Assembly: GCA_036170915.1 (NCBI GenBank)
Contig: JAVHQC010000035.1
Span: 224,001 to 288,000, forward strand
Direction of reading: 5' to 3'
DNA length: 64,000 bases
From: Cyanobacteria bacterium auto_48_18
GTDB taxonomy: Bacteria; Cyanobacteriota; Vampirovibrionia; Obscuribacterales; Obscuribacteraceae
Both the position numbers and the translations under genes were made by a program. Each line of letters starts with the position of its first letter. Position 1 is the first letter of the stretch. Positions 18,160 to 27,162 of this stretch are shown here, piece after piece. The notes under the pieces are model-generated. The model was not told where the DNA came from. It was given only the letters and a program-made list of their open reading frames with translations, and did not search any database.

Positions 18160-20508
18160 TTGATCACATTCCCCCATTTGGGTAATAGCAAGTCTGTGAA
18201 CGATAATCAGACGGCTGGCTCTACCGAAACTGTACGCTTAGATGCCGGTCATCACGAAATTTTTCCCTCTGGGCAGGCCCTTGCCGGCTGGCTGGGAGTT
18301 GGTCTGGCTGGCTTTGTCTGTCTTTTTCTTGCCCTGGCCTCGGTTCACATTTTTAGCCCCGGGCTGCAGGTCAAAGATGTTGCCGACCGTGATTTAATCG
18401 CTCCTGAAGATATTTCGGTAATCGACCGCGTCGAAACCGACAAAGCCATCGCCATGGCAAAACAATCAATCATTCCAGTTTTTCAAGTTGATCGCGCGCG
18501 TGACCAAGCTTCTCAGGCAGCTGTGCAAGCAGCACTGAAAAAAATTGAACAATATCAGGCCATGGGCCTTGTGCCCGTAAAAAGTAGTGTCAATATCAGC
18601 CCGGCGCAAATTGCGCGCATCTTGCTTAGTTCAGATGAAAGTTTTGCGCAACAGTCAACTGCCATGCCGGCTATCGCTGGAGAGCTGAACAAGAGACGAC
18701 AAATAATTCTTAATGCCAGAAAATCTGGAGCATTTATATTAAAAGACAACGAACTGCTGACCGCTTTGATAGTTGAACCGGCAGCTCTGGCAGACTACAA
18801 AAAAACCATGGTGGCCAGCGCGGCTCGTTTGTGCAGCAAATTCAATCGTTTTCCCGTTTCTGACAAACACGTGTGGGAAGAGATCGCTGCAGAATTCTTG
18901 CCAGACAGTATGCCTTTCAATTTGAAATTGGCATCGTCATCTTTGCTGGCTGAAAATCTCGAACCTAATATGGTCATCGACAATAAAGCGACGCAAAATA
19001 AAACTGAAGAAGTAGTCAAAACAGTTGCGCCCATAATGCTCAAAATTACCAAAGGTCAAACAATAGTGCCGCGCGGCGCCTTGATTAGCGAGAGCAAGTT
19101 AGACCTGCTTCAGGCCCTTGGTATCACTCACATAAACCGCTGGCCCTTTATTTTCAGCATGGGAGTGTCACTAATAGCGGCACTGACCCTGGTGGCACTG
19201 TTCCTTTACACTTATGAGCCTAAACACTTCTTTTCCGCCAGCTCGATTGGTCTGATGTTTACCGTTGCCGTGGTGGCTTGCACGGTGGCATCGGTAATCG
19301 GCAAAACTTACCCGCAGTTTGTGCCAATTCCAGCGGCCGCACTGATCTTGACTATCTTTTTCGGCCATCGCGTGGCTATTGTCTGGACAGTGCCAATGAT
19401 TATGTTGGTGGCAGTAGATCACCTGATCGATTTGCGCAATATCTTTGCTCACTGTCTCGCTTCAGCAGCAGCAATCTGGACTTATTCAAAGAGGCGCAAT
19501 GCCCTCATTAGCACCAGCTTGTGCGTGGCAGGTGGTCAGGTTATTGGCGATCTGGCCGCCTGTGCTGCCACTCAATCAATCACTTCATGGACAATGCTTG
19601 GTCGGCAAGCGGGTATCGATTTCTTTGGTGGAATGTTTTCGGCCATTCTCGCTATCGGCAGCTTGCCGTTTTTAGAAAACATTTTTGGTTTGATCACACC
19701 ATTTCGTCTAACCGAGCTAACCGACGCCAATCAACCACTTTTGCGCCGGCTGGAAGAAACTGCACCCGGCACTTACCAGCATAGCCTGGCGGTGGCGAAC
19801 CTGGCTGAAGCAGGTGCTAAAGCCATCTCAGCTGATCCTAATATGGTTCGGGCCGGAGCGCTTTATCACGATATCGGTAAAATGGTGCGCCCTAAATATT
19901 TCATTGAAAATCAACTTGGTGATACCAACCCACACGACTCCATGACTCCTGAAGAAAGCCGCGGCAGAGTACTGGCGCACGTAACTGATGGTATCGAACT
20001 GGGGCAAAAATACGCCTTGCCAAAAGCGATTCAAGATTTTATACCAATGCATCAAGGCACCACTTTAATGGCGTACTTCTATCACAAAGCTTGCTTGCGT
20101 GACGGAGCCGATAAAGTTGATGCTAACTTTTATCGTTATCCGGGTCCTAAACCTAACACCAAAGAAACAGCAGTGGTGATGCTGGCTGACGTATCAGAAG
20201 CAGTCACTCACAGTATGCAAAATCCAACTAATGACGAAGTAGAAATTGCCCTTGATAGAGTTTTCCAGAACCGTTGGGATGACGGTCAGTTTACAGATTC
20301 AAGCCTGACTCTAGAAGAGCTACATAAAGTCAAAGCTGGCTTCTGTCGAGTCTGGCGCACACTGCACCATGAGCGGCTTAAATATCCGTCTACCACCACG
20401 GGCAAAATGCCCATTGCGCCTGAAGAAGTTTCTGCAGCAGCTACTGCAGGGCCGGTTGCAGCCGCTGAGCCTGCTGAAGTAGTTGTAAACAACGATTGTT
20501 GCTCTTAA
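18160..20508 (+). CDS. 7TM-HD phosphohydrolase (PgpH-like c-di-AMP phosphodiesterase)
   Basis: Extracellular region plus 7 TMs; PGTYQHSL, YHDIGK, FIENQ, HVTDG, HQGT, YRYPGPKP, MLAD..EA; start uncertain. Confidence 0.9.
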   Translation: MITFPHLGNSKSVNDNQTAGSTETVRLDAGHHEIFPSGQALAGWLGVGLAGFVCLFLALASVHIFSPGLQVKDVADRDLIAPEDISVIDRVETDKAIAMAKQSIIPVFQVDRARDQASQAAVQAALKKIEQYQAMGLVPVKSSVNISPAQIARILLSSDESFAQQSTAMPAIAGELNKRRQIILNARKSGAFILKDNELLTALIVEPAALADYKKTMVASAARLCSKFNRFPVSDKHVWEEIAAEFLPDSMPFNLKLASSSLLAENLEPNMVIDNKATQNKTEEVVKTVAPIMLKITKGQTIVPRGALISESKLDLLQALGITHINRWPFIFSMGVSLIAALTLVALFLYTYEPKHFFSASSIGLMFTVAVVACTVASVIGKTYPQFVPIPAAALILTIFFGHRVAIVWTVPMIMLVAVDHLIDLRNIFAHCLASAAAIWTYSKRRNALISTSLCVAGGQVIGDLAACAATQSITSWTMLGRQAGIDFFGGMFSAILAIGSLPFLENIFGLITPFRLTELTDANQPLLRRLEETAPGTYQHSLAVANLAEAGAKAISADPNMVRAGALYHDIGKMVRPKYFIENQLGDTNPHDSMTPEESRGRVLAHVTDGIELGQKYALPKAIQDFIPMHQGTTLMAYFYHKACLRDGADKVDANFYRYPGPKPNTKETAVVMLADVSEAVTHSMQNPTNDEVEIALDRVFQNRWDDGQFTDSSLTLEELHKVKAGFCRVWRTLHHERLKYPSTTTGKMPIAPEEVSAAATAGPVAAAEPAEVVVNNDCCS

Positions 20509-20546
20509 TCGAGCTTCTAAATTGAGTTCTTATTCGAGCTTGTAAA

Positions 20547-21965
20547 TTAGCCGTCGCGCAAACGAGTGCGTTGCTTCCAACCAAGGCGGAACACTGCTTC
20601 GTCAAAAAGCAAATTGTTTCGACAGGCCATATCGAGAGCAAGCAAAGCACGCTCTTCCGTTAAAAATTCAGTATCGAGAAGATAGATGGCTCGCAGAGCA
20701 CAATAAACAACTTGTTCGCTAAGCACTTTTGCCGCCACCAGCGCTTTGCTAACTTCGATGGCCTGGTTGTAATTGACTTCCAGACGCTCTTTCACCTCAA
20801 TGGGCAAATTTTCATCGGCCACATTTAAAGCACCTGTTTCACGTAACAGATGAAGCATTCTCTTGCTCGGATTAAGCAAAATGCGACTGACAGATGCCTC
20901 TGCCACAGCTCGATCAAAAGTCTGACCAAACTCTTTCATGCGGACATAAGTATCGCTGGCCAGCGCACTGTTGAGCATATTGTTGTCGATCATCTCTTGC
21001 AATTCAACAGTGGCATCTATGTAAGCTCGCTTCATACCGCACACTTCAGTCATCGCTTTACCTGACGCTTGCGCACCAGCTAAAGAACTTTGCAGCGACT
21101 CTAAGAGCTCTCCGTCGCTAATCAGTTCAGCTTCAAATAAAAGTTCGCCGATGCGCGGAGAACTGCGTAACATCGACCGCTTGAAACCGATATTGGCGGG
21201 CAATTTTTCCAGAGCAAGTTCGCGCTTATTAGATTCGGCAATCGCCTTAATGCACTGCTCTCGTTTAATAGATCCTCGGCGCACCAACTGTTGACCAAGC
21301 AATGCGGTTTCAAGCAACTGCTGTGAAATGATGCCGCGATAGCAAAGAATATGCCCTAAAGGCAGGCCTGTGCGCTGGTTAACGTCTAATGCTTGATCGA
21401 GTAAAGTGACGTCTACCACATGCGCGTCAATTAGTAGCTGCCCCAATTTATTGCTCAAATGATCTTCCGGTTGCACCACTCCAGATCGTTCGAAAGCATC
21501 AGACAAAGGCACCGCATTCTTAAAAGCTTCCGTCAGAACTTTCACACCCACTTCTAGAGGTAATTGCCGATCATTGATAAGAGTTTGAATATCGAGCGCC
21601 GAACGCAATTGCAATTCAGTCACATAACCCGATTTGGTCAAGACTTTACCAAGAGGCAAACCCTGATCTTCGAAGCTGCTCAGTGCAGTTTGAATAAAGT
21701 CAAAAGAAACTAAACCGGCATACATTAACAAGTCGCCAATACGAACGTGACCAGTGGCATGCAGCAAAGCATTCTTAGTATTGCTGGAATCAGCACGCTC
21801 TATCGCCACTGCTGCCAGACGCAGTGCTGTAGCGCTAGGCAATCTTGAAGCGTTCACTGGTGTCGCATTTGTTGCAGGTCTTGCGGCAGCATCAACATCA
21901 GTGAGTGTGCTTTCAGGCAACTCAGCGTTAGGCGCTTTAGCGCTATCTTCTTGAGAACCGTCCAC
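20547..21965 (-). CDS. Protein built of tandem MshEN-like repeats
   Basis: RIGDLLMYAGLV, PLGKVLTKSGYV, KLGQLLIDAHVV, PLGHILCYRGII, RIGELLFEAELI half-sites. Confidence 0.75.
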   Translation of the reverse strand: MDGSQEDSAKAPNAELPESTLTDVDAAARPATNATPVNASRLPSATALRLAAVAIERADSSNTKNALLHATGHVRIGDLLMYAGLVSFDFIQTALSSFEDQGLPLGKVLTKSGYVTELQLRSALDIQTLINDRQLPLEVGVKVLTEAFKNAVPLSDAFERSGVVQPEDHLSNKLGQLLIDAHVVDVTLLDQALDVNQRTGLPLGHILCYRGIISQQLLETALLGQQLVRRGSIKREQCIKAIAESNKRELALEKLPANIGFKRSMLRSSPRIGELLFEAELISDGELLESLQSSLAGAQASGKAMTEVCGMKRAYIDATVELQEMIDNNMLNSALASDTYVRMKEFGQTFDRAVAEASVSRILLNPSKRMLHLLRETGALNVADENLPIEVKERLEVNYNQAIEVSKALVAAKVLSEQVVYCALRAIYLLDTEFLTEERALLALDMACRNNLLFDEAVFRLGWKQRTRLRDG

Positions 21966-22002
21966 TGCTGTACCCCTGAACTGATCTGAGTTACAAAATA
22001 AG

Positions 22003-22551
22003 TCAGTCAGGATGGCTGAAAAAGCTCAAGGCTGTTTTGCCGTATTCCCGATAATCCACTTTCACTAGGCTACCACCGTCAACTTCCATGAGATCGTCAC
22101 GATTGTGTTCAATAATGACAAGACCGTCTTTTGCCACAAGGTGAAACTCAACTAAAGCGGCAAGAATTTGACTGCCATAGCTCTTTTTGTATGGCGGATC
22201 AGCGTAAATAATATCGAAAACAGCCCCGTTTATGTGGGGCCAAACCCGCCTGACATCACAGATAACCACGTGAGCATCGCCAGGCACATTGAAGAGTACG
22301 CTGGACTTTTTGATACTGGTGGCCTGGGCTTTGTTTTCCTCAACAAAAGTTACAGCTTTAGCGCCGCGACTCAAGGCTTCAAAACCCATCAAGCCTGACC
22401 CGGCAAACAAGTCAAGAAAGTTGGCGCCGTTAATGCGTGAACCTAAAATGTTAAAAAAAGCCTGTCTGGCTTTCGATGATGTCGGACGCACGCTCATGCC
22501 ATCAGGACACGGCACGGACCTGCCTCTTAACTGACCGCCGGTAATTCTCAA
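22003..22551 (-). CDS. rsmD: 16S rRNA (G966-N2) methyltransferase
   Basis: LRITGG..RGR, RPT, LDLFAGSG, EALSRGA, DPPY; probable TTG start at 22551. Confidence 0.92.
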   Translation of the reverse strand: MRITGGQLRGRSVPCPDGMSVRPTSSKARQAFFNILGSRINGANFLDLFAGSGLMGFEALSRGAKAVTFVEENKAQATSIKKSSVLFNVPGDAHVVICDVRRVWPHINGAVFDIIYADPPYKKSYGSQILAALVEFHLVAKDGLVIIEHNRDDLMEVDGGSLVKVDYREYGKTALSFFSHPD

Positions 22552-22680
22552 AACAACGCCCCTATTTAGGACCACATGATAACATGTGGTCTTGAGCGAG
22601 AGCCGCGGCCGCATGGTCCCCTAGGGTGACAATGTAATGCCGCCAATCTGGCGACGTACCCTTAAAATGAGGCAACCTAC

Positions 22681-23478
22681 ATGAGCGCACGGCGAATAGC
22701 GCGTGAACTGGCAATAATCGTTATGCCACAGCTTCCCAAAAATTCTGAAAAGCTGGCTAAGGTTGAAATCTCAGAAATCGTCGATCGGGCAATTCACATG
22801 CTTGTGGATTATGCCAAACAGAATTTAAAAGACGTCAATGCCATGCTCACCAAGGCCGGCAATGAATTAGTAAGCATTGAAGTTGAGCACGGCGATAACA
22901 GCAAGTCATCGGGCGAACTGGCCGCAGTGCCGCTAACCACTGCTCAGGTGCGCGATCAATTGAGCACTCTTGAAGTGTCAATTAACATGATTTCAGAAGC
23001 GCTAGATATTCCAGAAATGGCTCTGACAGCCAATAGCACATTACTTAAAACCAACTGCAAAAAATGTGGACACGTAGATGAAATAGCAATCGCTCGGCCT
23101 CACAAAGACGACATCCGCGAATTTCTTTTCCGCTTGATAGAAACCTATTTGGAAAATCGCGAAATTATCGACGAATATATCAAACGCGCAAGAACACAAT
23201 GGCGCATGGAGCGAATGGTTTCAATCGATCGAGACATTTTAAGATTGGCTTGCGCCGAGGCTTTTTATCTCACAGATATTCCAGTCAACGTAGCTATTTC
23301 AGAAGCAGTAGAATTATCGCATCGCTTTGCTGACGAAAAAGCAGCAAAATTCATCAACGGTGTGCTGGCCGATTTAGCTGAAGAAGCCGAAGCAGTAAGA
23401 CGCTCAGCCAGGCGTAAAGCTTACGCCGAGCGTGGGGGTCAAGGCGAGCCGGCAGAAACTGCCGACGCTGCCGAATAA
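22681..23478 (+). CDS. nusB: Transcription antitermination factor NusB with a large internal insert
   Basis: RRIARELA; IDRDILRLA; VAISEAVEL; FINGVL. Confidence 0.92.
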   Translation: MSARRIARELAIIVMPQLPKNSEKLAKVEISEIVDRAIHMLVDYAKQNLKDVNAMLTKAGNELVSIEVEHGDNSKSSGELAAVPLTTAQVRDQLSTLEVSINMISEALDIPEMALTANSTLLKTNCKKCGHVDEIAIARPHKDDIREFLFRLIETYLENREIIDEYIKRARTQWRMERMVSIDRDILRLACAEAFYLTDIPVNVAISEAVELSHRFADEKAAKFINGVLADLAEEAEAVRRSARRKAYAERGGQGEPAETADAAE

Positions 23479-23504
23479 AGAAAGAAATTTAGTGAGGATT
23501 TTTC

Positions 23505-24623
23505 ATGAGTGAAGACGGGGAGAGAAAAGGTTTCTGGGGAACAACCCTGAACAAACTCAAATCGGTACTCGCTAAAACTAAAGATCAAGTCAGCGATCCT
23601 GATGCAGAAAATGAAGTTAGCACGACCTCTCTCTCATCAGATGCCAATACGGGCAGTGCATCAACATCCACCATCAGCGAAAATCAAGCTGTTAATGCTA
23701 ATGCCGCTAATATAAACGCAGCTAATTCAAGTGTAAATTCACCTGCTGTCAGCGCCACAGTCACTGCTGTCCAGCCCGTTGCGCCGGCAAAAAAAGCAGT
23801 CAAAATCGTCGACGCCGATTATATTGAAGCTCTAGAAGATCGGTTGATCAAGGCCGATCTCGGTCTTGCCACCGTTGACCCGCTGATGCAAATTCTGCGC
23901 AAAGACTCACGCGGCAAAAATTGGACTTCTGAAAATGTAGATCAGTTCCTCCAGCGAGAATTCAGCAAGCTTCTACAAGACGCTCCTGGTGCCGATCTCA
24001 GTTTCGTCGCCGGCAAAGTAAATGTTTATTTGATTGTCGGGGTCAATGGCGTAGGTAAAACCACAAGCATCGGCAAACTGGCATTTCGCTTTAAGAGCGA
24101 AGGTAAAAAAGTGCTGGTGGCTGCTGGTGATACCTTTAGAGCAGCAGCCGAATCTCAATTAGAAATCTGGTCACAACGAGCCAACGTAGACATTGTTAGA
24201 CTGGCCGATGGTGCTGATCCTGGCGCTGTAGTTTATCAAGCATTGCAGAAAGCTAGAGAAGAAAATTATGACGTCGTCATCATTGATACGGCCGGGCGAT
24301 TGCACAACAAAACAAATCTCATGGCCGAGCTGAAAAAAATTCGCACGGTGGTAGAAAAAAATAGTAGCGGCATGAATGTAGAATCACTGCTGGTGCTTGA
24401 TGCCTCAACAGGACAAAACGGCTTGCAGCAAGCCAAAGTTTTTTCTGAAATATGTGGCCTCACCGGGGTAGTTTTGACTAAACTTGACGGCACCGCCAAA
24501 GGTGGCGTGGTCTTTGCTATTGCTAAAGAGCTAAAAATTCCAGTCAAGCTCATCGGCTTGGGCGAAAAAATGGAAGACCTGCGCGATTTTGACTCGGCCA
24601 TGTTTGTTCAGGCGCTTTTTTAG
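23505..24623 (+). CDS. ftsY: SRP receptor FtsY
   Basis: GVNGVGKTT, DTFRAAA, DTAGR, TKLDGTAKGG. Confidence 0.97.
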   Translation: MSEDGERKGFWGTTLNKLKSVLAKTKDQVSDPDAENEVSTTSLSSDANTGSASTSTISENQAVNANAANINAANSSVNSPAVSATVTAVQPVAPAKKAVKIVDADYIEALEDRLIKADLGLATVDPLMQILRKDSRGKNWTSENVDQFLQREFSKLLQDAPGADLSFVAGKVNVYLIVGVNGVGKTTSIGKLAFRFKSEGKKVLVAAGDTFRAAAESQLEIWSQRANVDIVRLADGADPGAVVYQALQKAREENYDVVIIDTAGRLHNKTNLMAELKKIRTVVEKNSSGMNVESLLVLDASTGQNGLQQAKVFSEICGLTGVVLTKLDGTAKGGVVFAIAKELKIPVKLIGLGEKMEDLRDFDSAMFVQALF

Positions 24624-24726
24624 CGAATTAATTCACACGCCGGCGCACTTGCTTCCAACCTGGGGCCCGGCCTTATATAATTGCGCCACCGTTAATAATA
24701 GAATGTGAAGTAAACAGGTACGAATC

Positions 24727-27129
24727 ATGGTTTCAGCCAGTAAAGCGGTTGGTACGCCTGCATTGAAAGATGCACGGCCACTGACAGCAGAGCAGTTGCA
24801 CAACACCATCGCTTATTGGAATGCAGCCAACTATTTATCAATAGGCCAGATTTATCTACTTGATAATCCATTGTTGCGCCAGAAACTCGAGTTAGGCCAC
24901 TGTAAACCACGATTGCTGGGTCACTGGGGAACGACACCGGGGCTGAATTTCATTTATGTGCACTGCAACCGTCTCATTAAGGCTCATGATCTCAACATGC
25001 TTTATGTGGCAGGCCCAGGTCATGGTGGACCTGGACTTGTTGCCAATACCTATTTAGAAGGAACTTACAGCGAAACCTATCCGTTAATTGAAGAAAATGC
25101 CGAAGGCATGCAGAAACTGTTCAAACAGTTTTCTTTCCCCGGCGGAATTCCGTCGCACGTGGCGCCTGAAACTCCAGGCTCCATTCACGAAGGCGGCGAG
25201 CTTGGTTATGCACTGGTGCACGCTTTTGGCGCCGTGCTTGATAATCCTGATTTGATTGTTTGTTGTGTTGTTGGAGATGGTGAGGCAGAAACAGGACCAT
25301 TAGCAGCCAGCTGGCATTCCAATAAATTTGTTAATCCCAGTCGCGACGGTATTGTCTTGCCGATTTTGCACCTCAACGGTTACAAAATTGCCAATCCCAC
25401 AATTCTTGCTCGCATGAGCGATGAAGAACTACAAAACCTTTTCAACGGTTATGGATATAAACCATATTTTGTCGAAGGTCATGAGCCTGAGGCCATGCAC
25501 CAGCTAATGGCTGCCACCATGGATGCAGCCCTGGCCGACATAGAAAAAATCAAAGCGGATTGCGCTAGAGATGGTTTTACCACTCGCCCTGTTTATCCCA
25601 TGATCATCTTACGCTCACCCAAAGGTTGGACCGGTCCTAAAACTGTGGATGGTATCGCCATTGAAGGCACCCATAGATCGCACCAGGTGCCCCTCAGTGA
25701 GATCTTCACTAATCCAGGCCACCTGGCACTACTCGAGCAATGGCTCAAGAGTTACAAGCCTGAAGAATTGTTTGATCAAAAAGGCGCCTTGCATGCTCAC
25801 TTGAAAGCACTTGCACCACAAGGTAACCGGCGCATGGGTGCAAACCCTCACGCAAACGGCGGCCTTTTGATGAAAGAGCTGCGTCTTCCTGATTTTAAAA
25901 ACTATGCACTCACAGTAGACAAGCCTGGCAGTGTCACCGGCGAAGCTACAAGAGTGCTAGGGCAATATTTGAAAGATGTCTTCAGCAAGAATGAAGATCG
26001 TCAAAACTTCCGACTATTTGGACCAGATGAAACTGCTTCCAACCGGCTTGGCGATGTTTTTAAAGTCACCAATAAAGTGTTCACCGACGAAATTTTAAGC
26101 ACCGATGATAATATCAGCCATGACGGTCGCGTAATGGAAGTGCTCAGCGAACACATGTGCCAGGGCTGGCTGGAAGGCTATCTGCTGACCGGCCGCCATG
26201 GTCTTTTTTCTTGTTATGAAGCATTCATTCACATCGTTGATTCGATGTTCAACCAGCACGCCAAATGGCTCAAGGTGACCAGACAAATTGGCTGGCGCAG
26301 ACCAATTGCTTCTCTCAATTATTTGCTTACTTCGCACGTATGGCGCCAGGATCACAATGGCTTCAGCCATCAAGATCCCGGGTTTATCGATCACGCAGTC
26401 AATAAAAAAGCAGATATTATTCGTGTTTATTTGCCACCAGATGCAAACACACTTTTATGTGTGGCCGATCGTTGTTTGCGCAGCCGTGACTTTATCAATA
26501 TCATCGTGGCTGGCAAGCAACCTGCTCCTCAATGGCTTGATATGGATACTGCAGCCAAGCACTGTTCTGCTGGTATTGGCATATGGGATTTTGCCAGTAA
26601 CGATCAGGATGGTGAACCAGATGCAGTGCTTGCCTGTGCCGGAGACGTACCAACCGTAGAAGCTCTGGCCGCCGTAGACTTATTGCGACAAGAACAACCC
26701 GATTTAAAAATTCGTTTTGTCAATGTAGTTGACTTGATGACACTGCAACCAAGCAGTGAACATCCTCATGGTCTCAGTGATCATAATTTTGATTCAATTT
26801 TCACTACAGACAAACCGATAATTTTTGCCTACCATGGCTATCCATGGCTGATTCACAGGCTGACTTACCGTCGCACTAACCATGAAAATCTCCACGTTCG
26901 CGGCTACAAAGAAGAAGGAAGCACCACAACACCATTTGACATGGTGGTCATGAATCATATCGATCGCTTCCATTTAGCCGAAGACATAATCGACAGAGTG
27001 CCGCGTTTAAAGCACTCTGCTGCTCGCACCAAACAAAAGCTGCAAGGCTACTTAATTGACCACAAAGATTATATTGAACAACACGGCGAAGACATGCCAC
27101 TGGTAAGCCAGTGGAAATGGCCTTCGTAA
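24727..27129 (+). CDS. xfp: Xylulose-5-P/fructose-6-P phosphoketolase
   Basis: [48 protein letters not shown]. Confidence 0.97.
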   Translation: MVSASKAVGTPALKDARPLTAEQLHNTIAYWNAANYLSIGQIYLLDNPLLRQKLELGHCKPRLLGHWGTTPGLNFIYVHCNRLIKAHDLNMLYVAGPGHGGPGLVANTYLEGTYSETYPLIEENAEGMQKLFKQFSFPGGIPSHVAPETPGSIHEGGELGYALVHAFGAVLDNPDLIVCCVVGDGEAETGPLAASWHSNKFVNPSRDGIVLPILHLNGYKIANPTILARMSDEELQNLFNGYGYKPYFVEGHEPEAMHQLMAATMDAALADIEKIKADCARDGFTTRPVYPMIILRSPKGWTGPKTVDGIAIEGTHRSHQVPLSEIFTNPGHLALLEQWLKSYKPEELFDQKGALHAHLKALAPQGNRRMGANPHANGGLLMKELRLPDFKNYALTVDKPGSVTGEATRVLGQYLKDVFSKNEDRQNFRLFGPDETASNRLGDVFKVTNKVFTDEILSTDDNISHDGRVMEVLSEHMCQGWLEGYLLTGRHGLFSCYEAFIHIVDSMFNQHAKWLKVTRQIGWRRPIASLNYLLTSHVWRQDHNGFSHQDPGFIDHAVNKKADIIRVYLPPDANTLLCVADRCLRSRDFINIIVAGKQPAPQWLDMDTAAKHCSAGIGIWDFASNDQDGEPDAVLACAGDVPTVEALAAVDLLRQEQPDLKIRFVNVVDLMTLQPSSEHPHGLSDHNFDSIFTTDKPIIFAYHGYPWLIHRLTYRRTNHENLHVRGYKEEGSTTTPFDMVVMNHIDRFHLAEDIIDRVPRLKHSAARTKQKLQGYLIDHKDYIEQHGEDMPLVSQWKWPS

Positions 27130-27162
27130 ATTTAGACCTCACAACCAGCCAGGAGCTCATCG

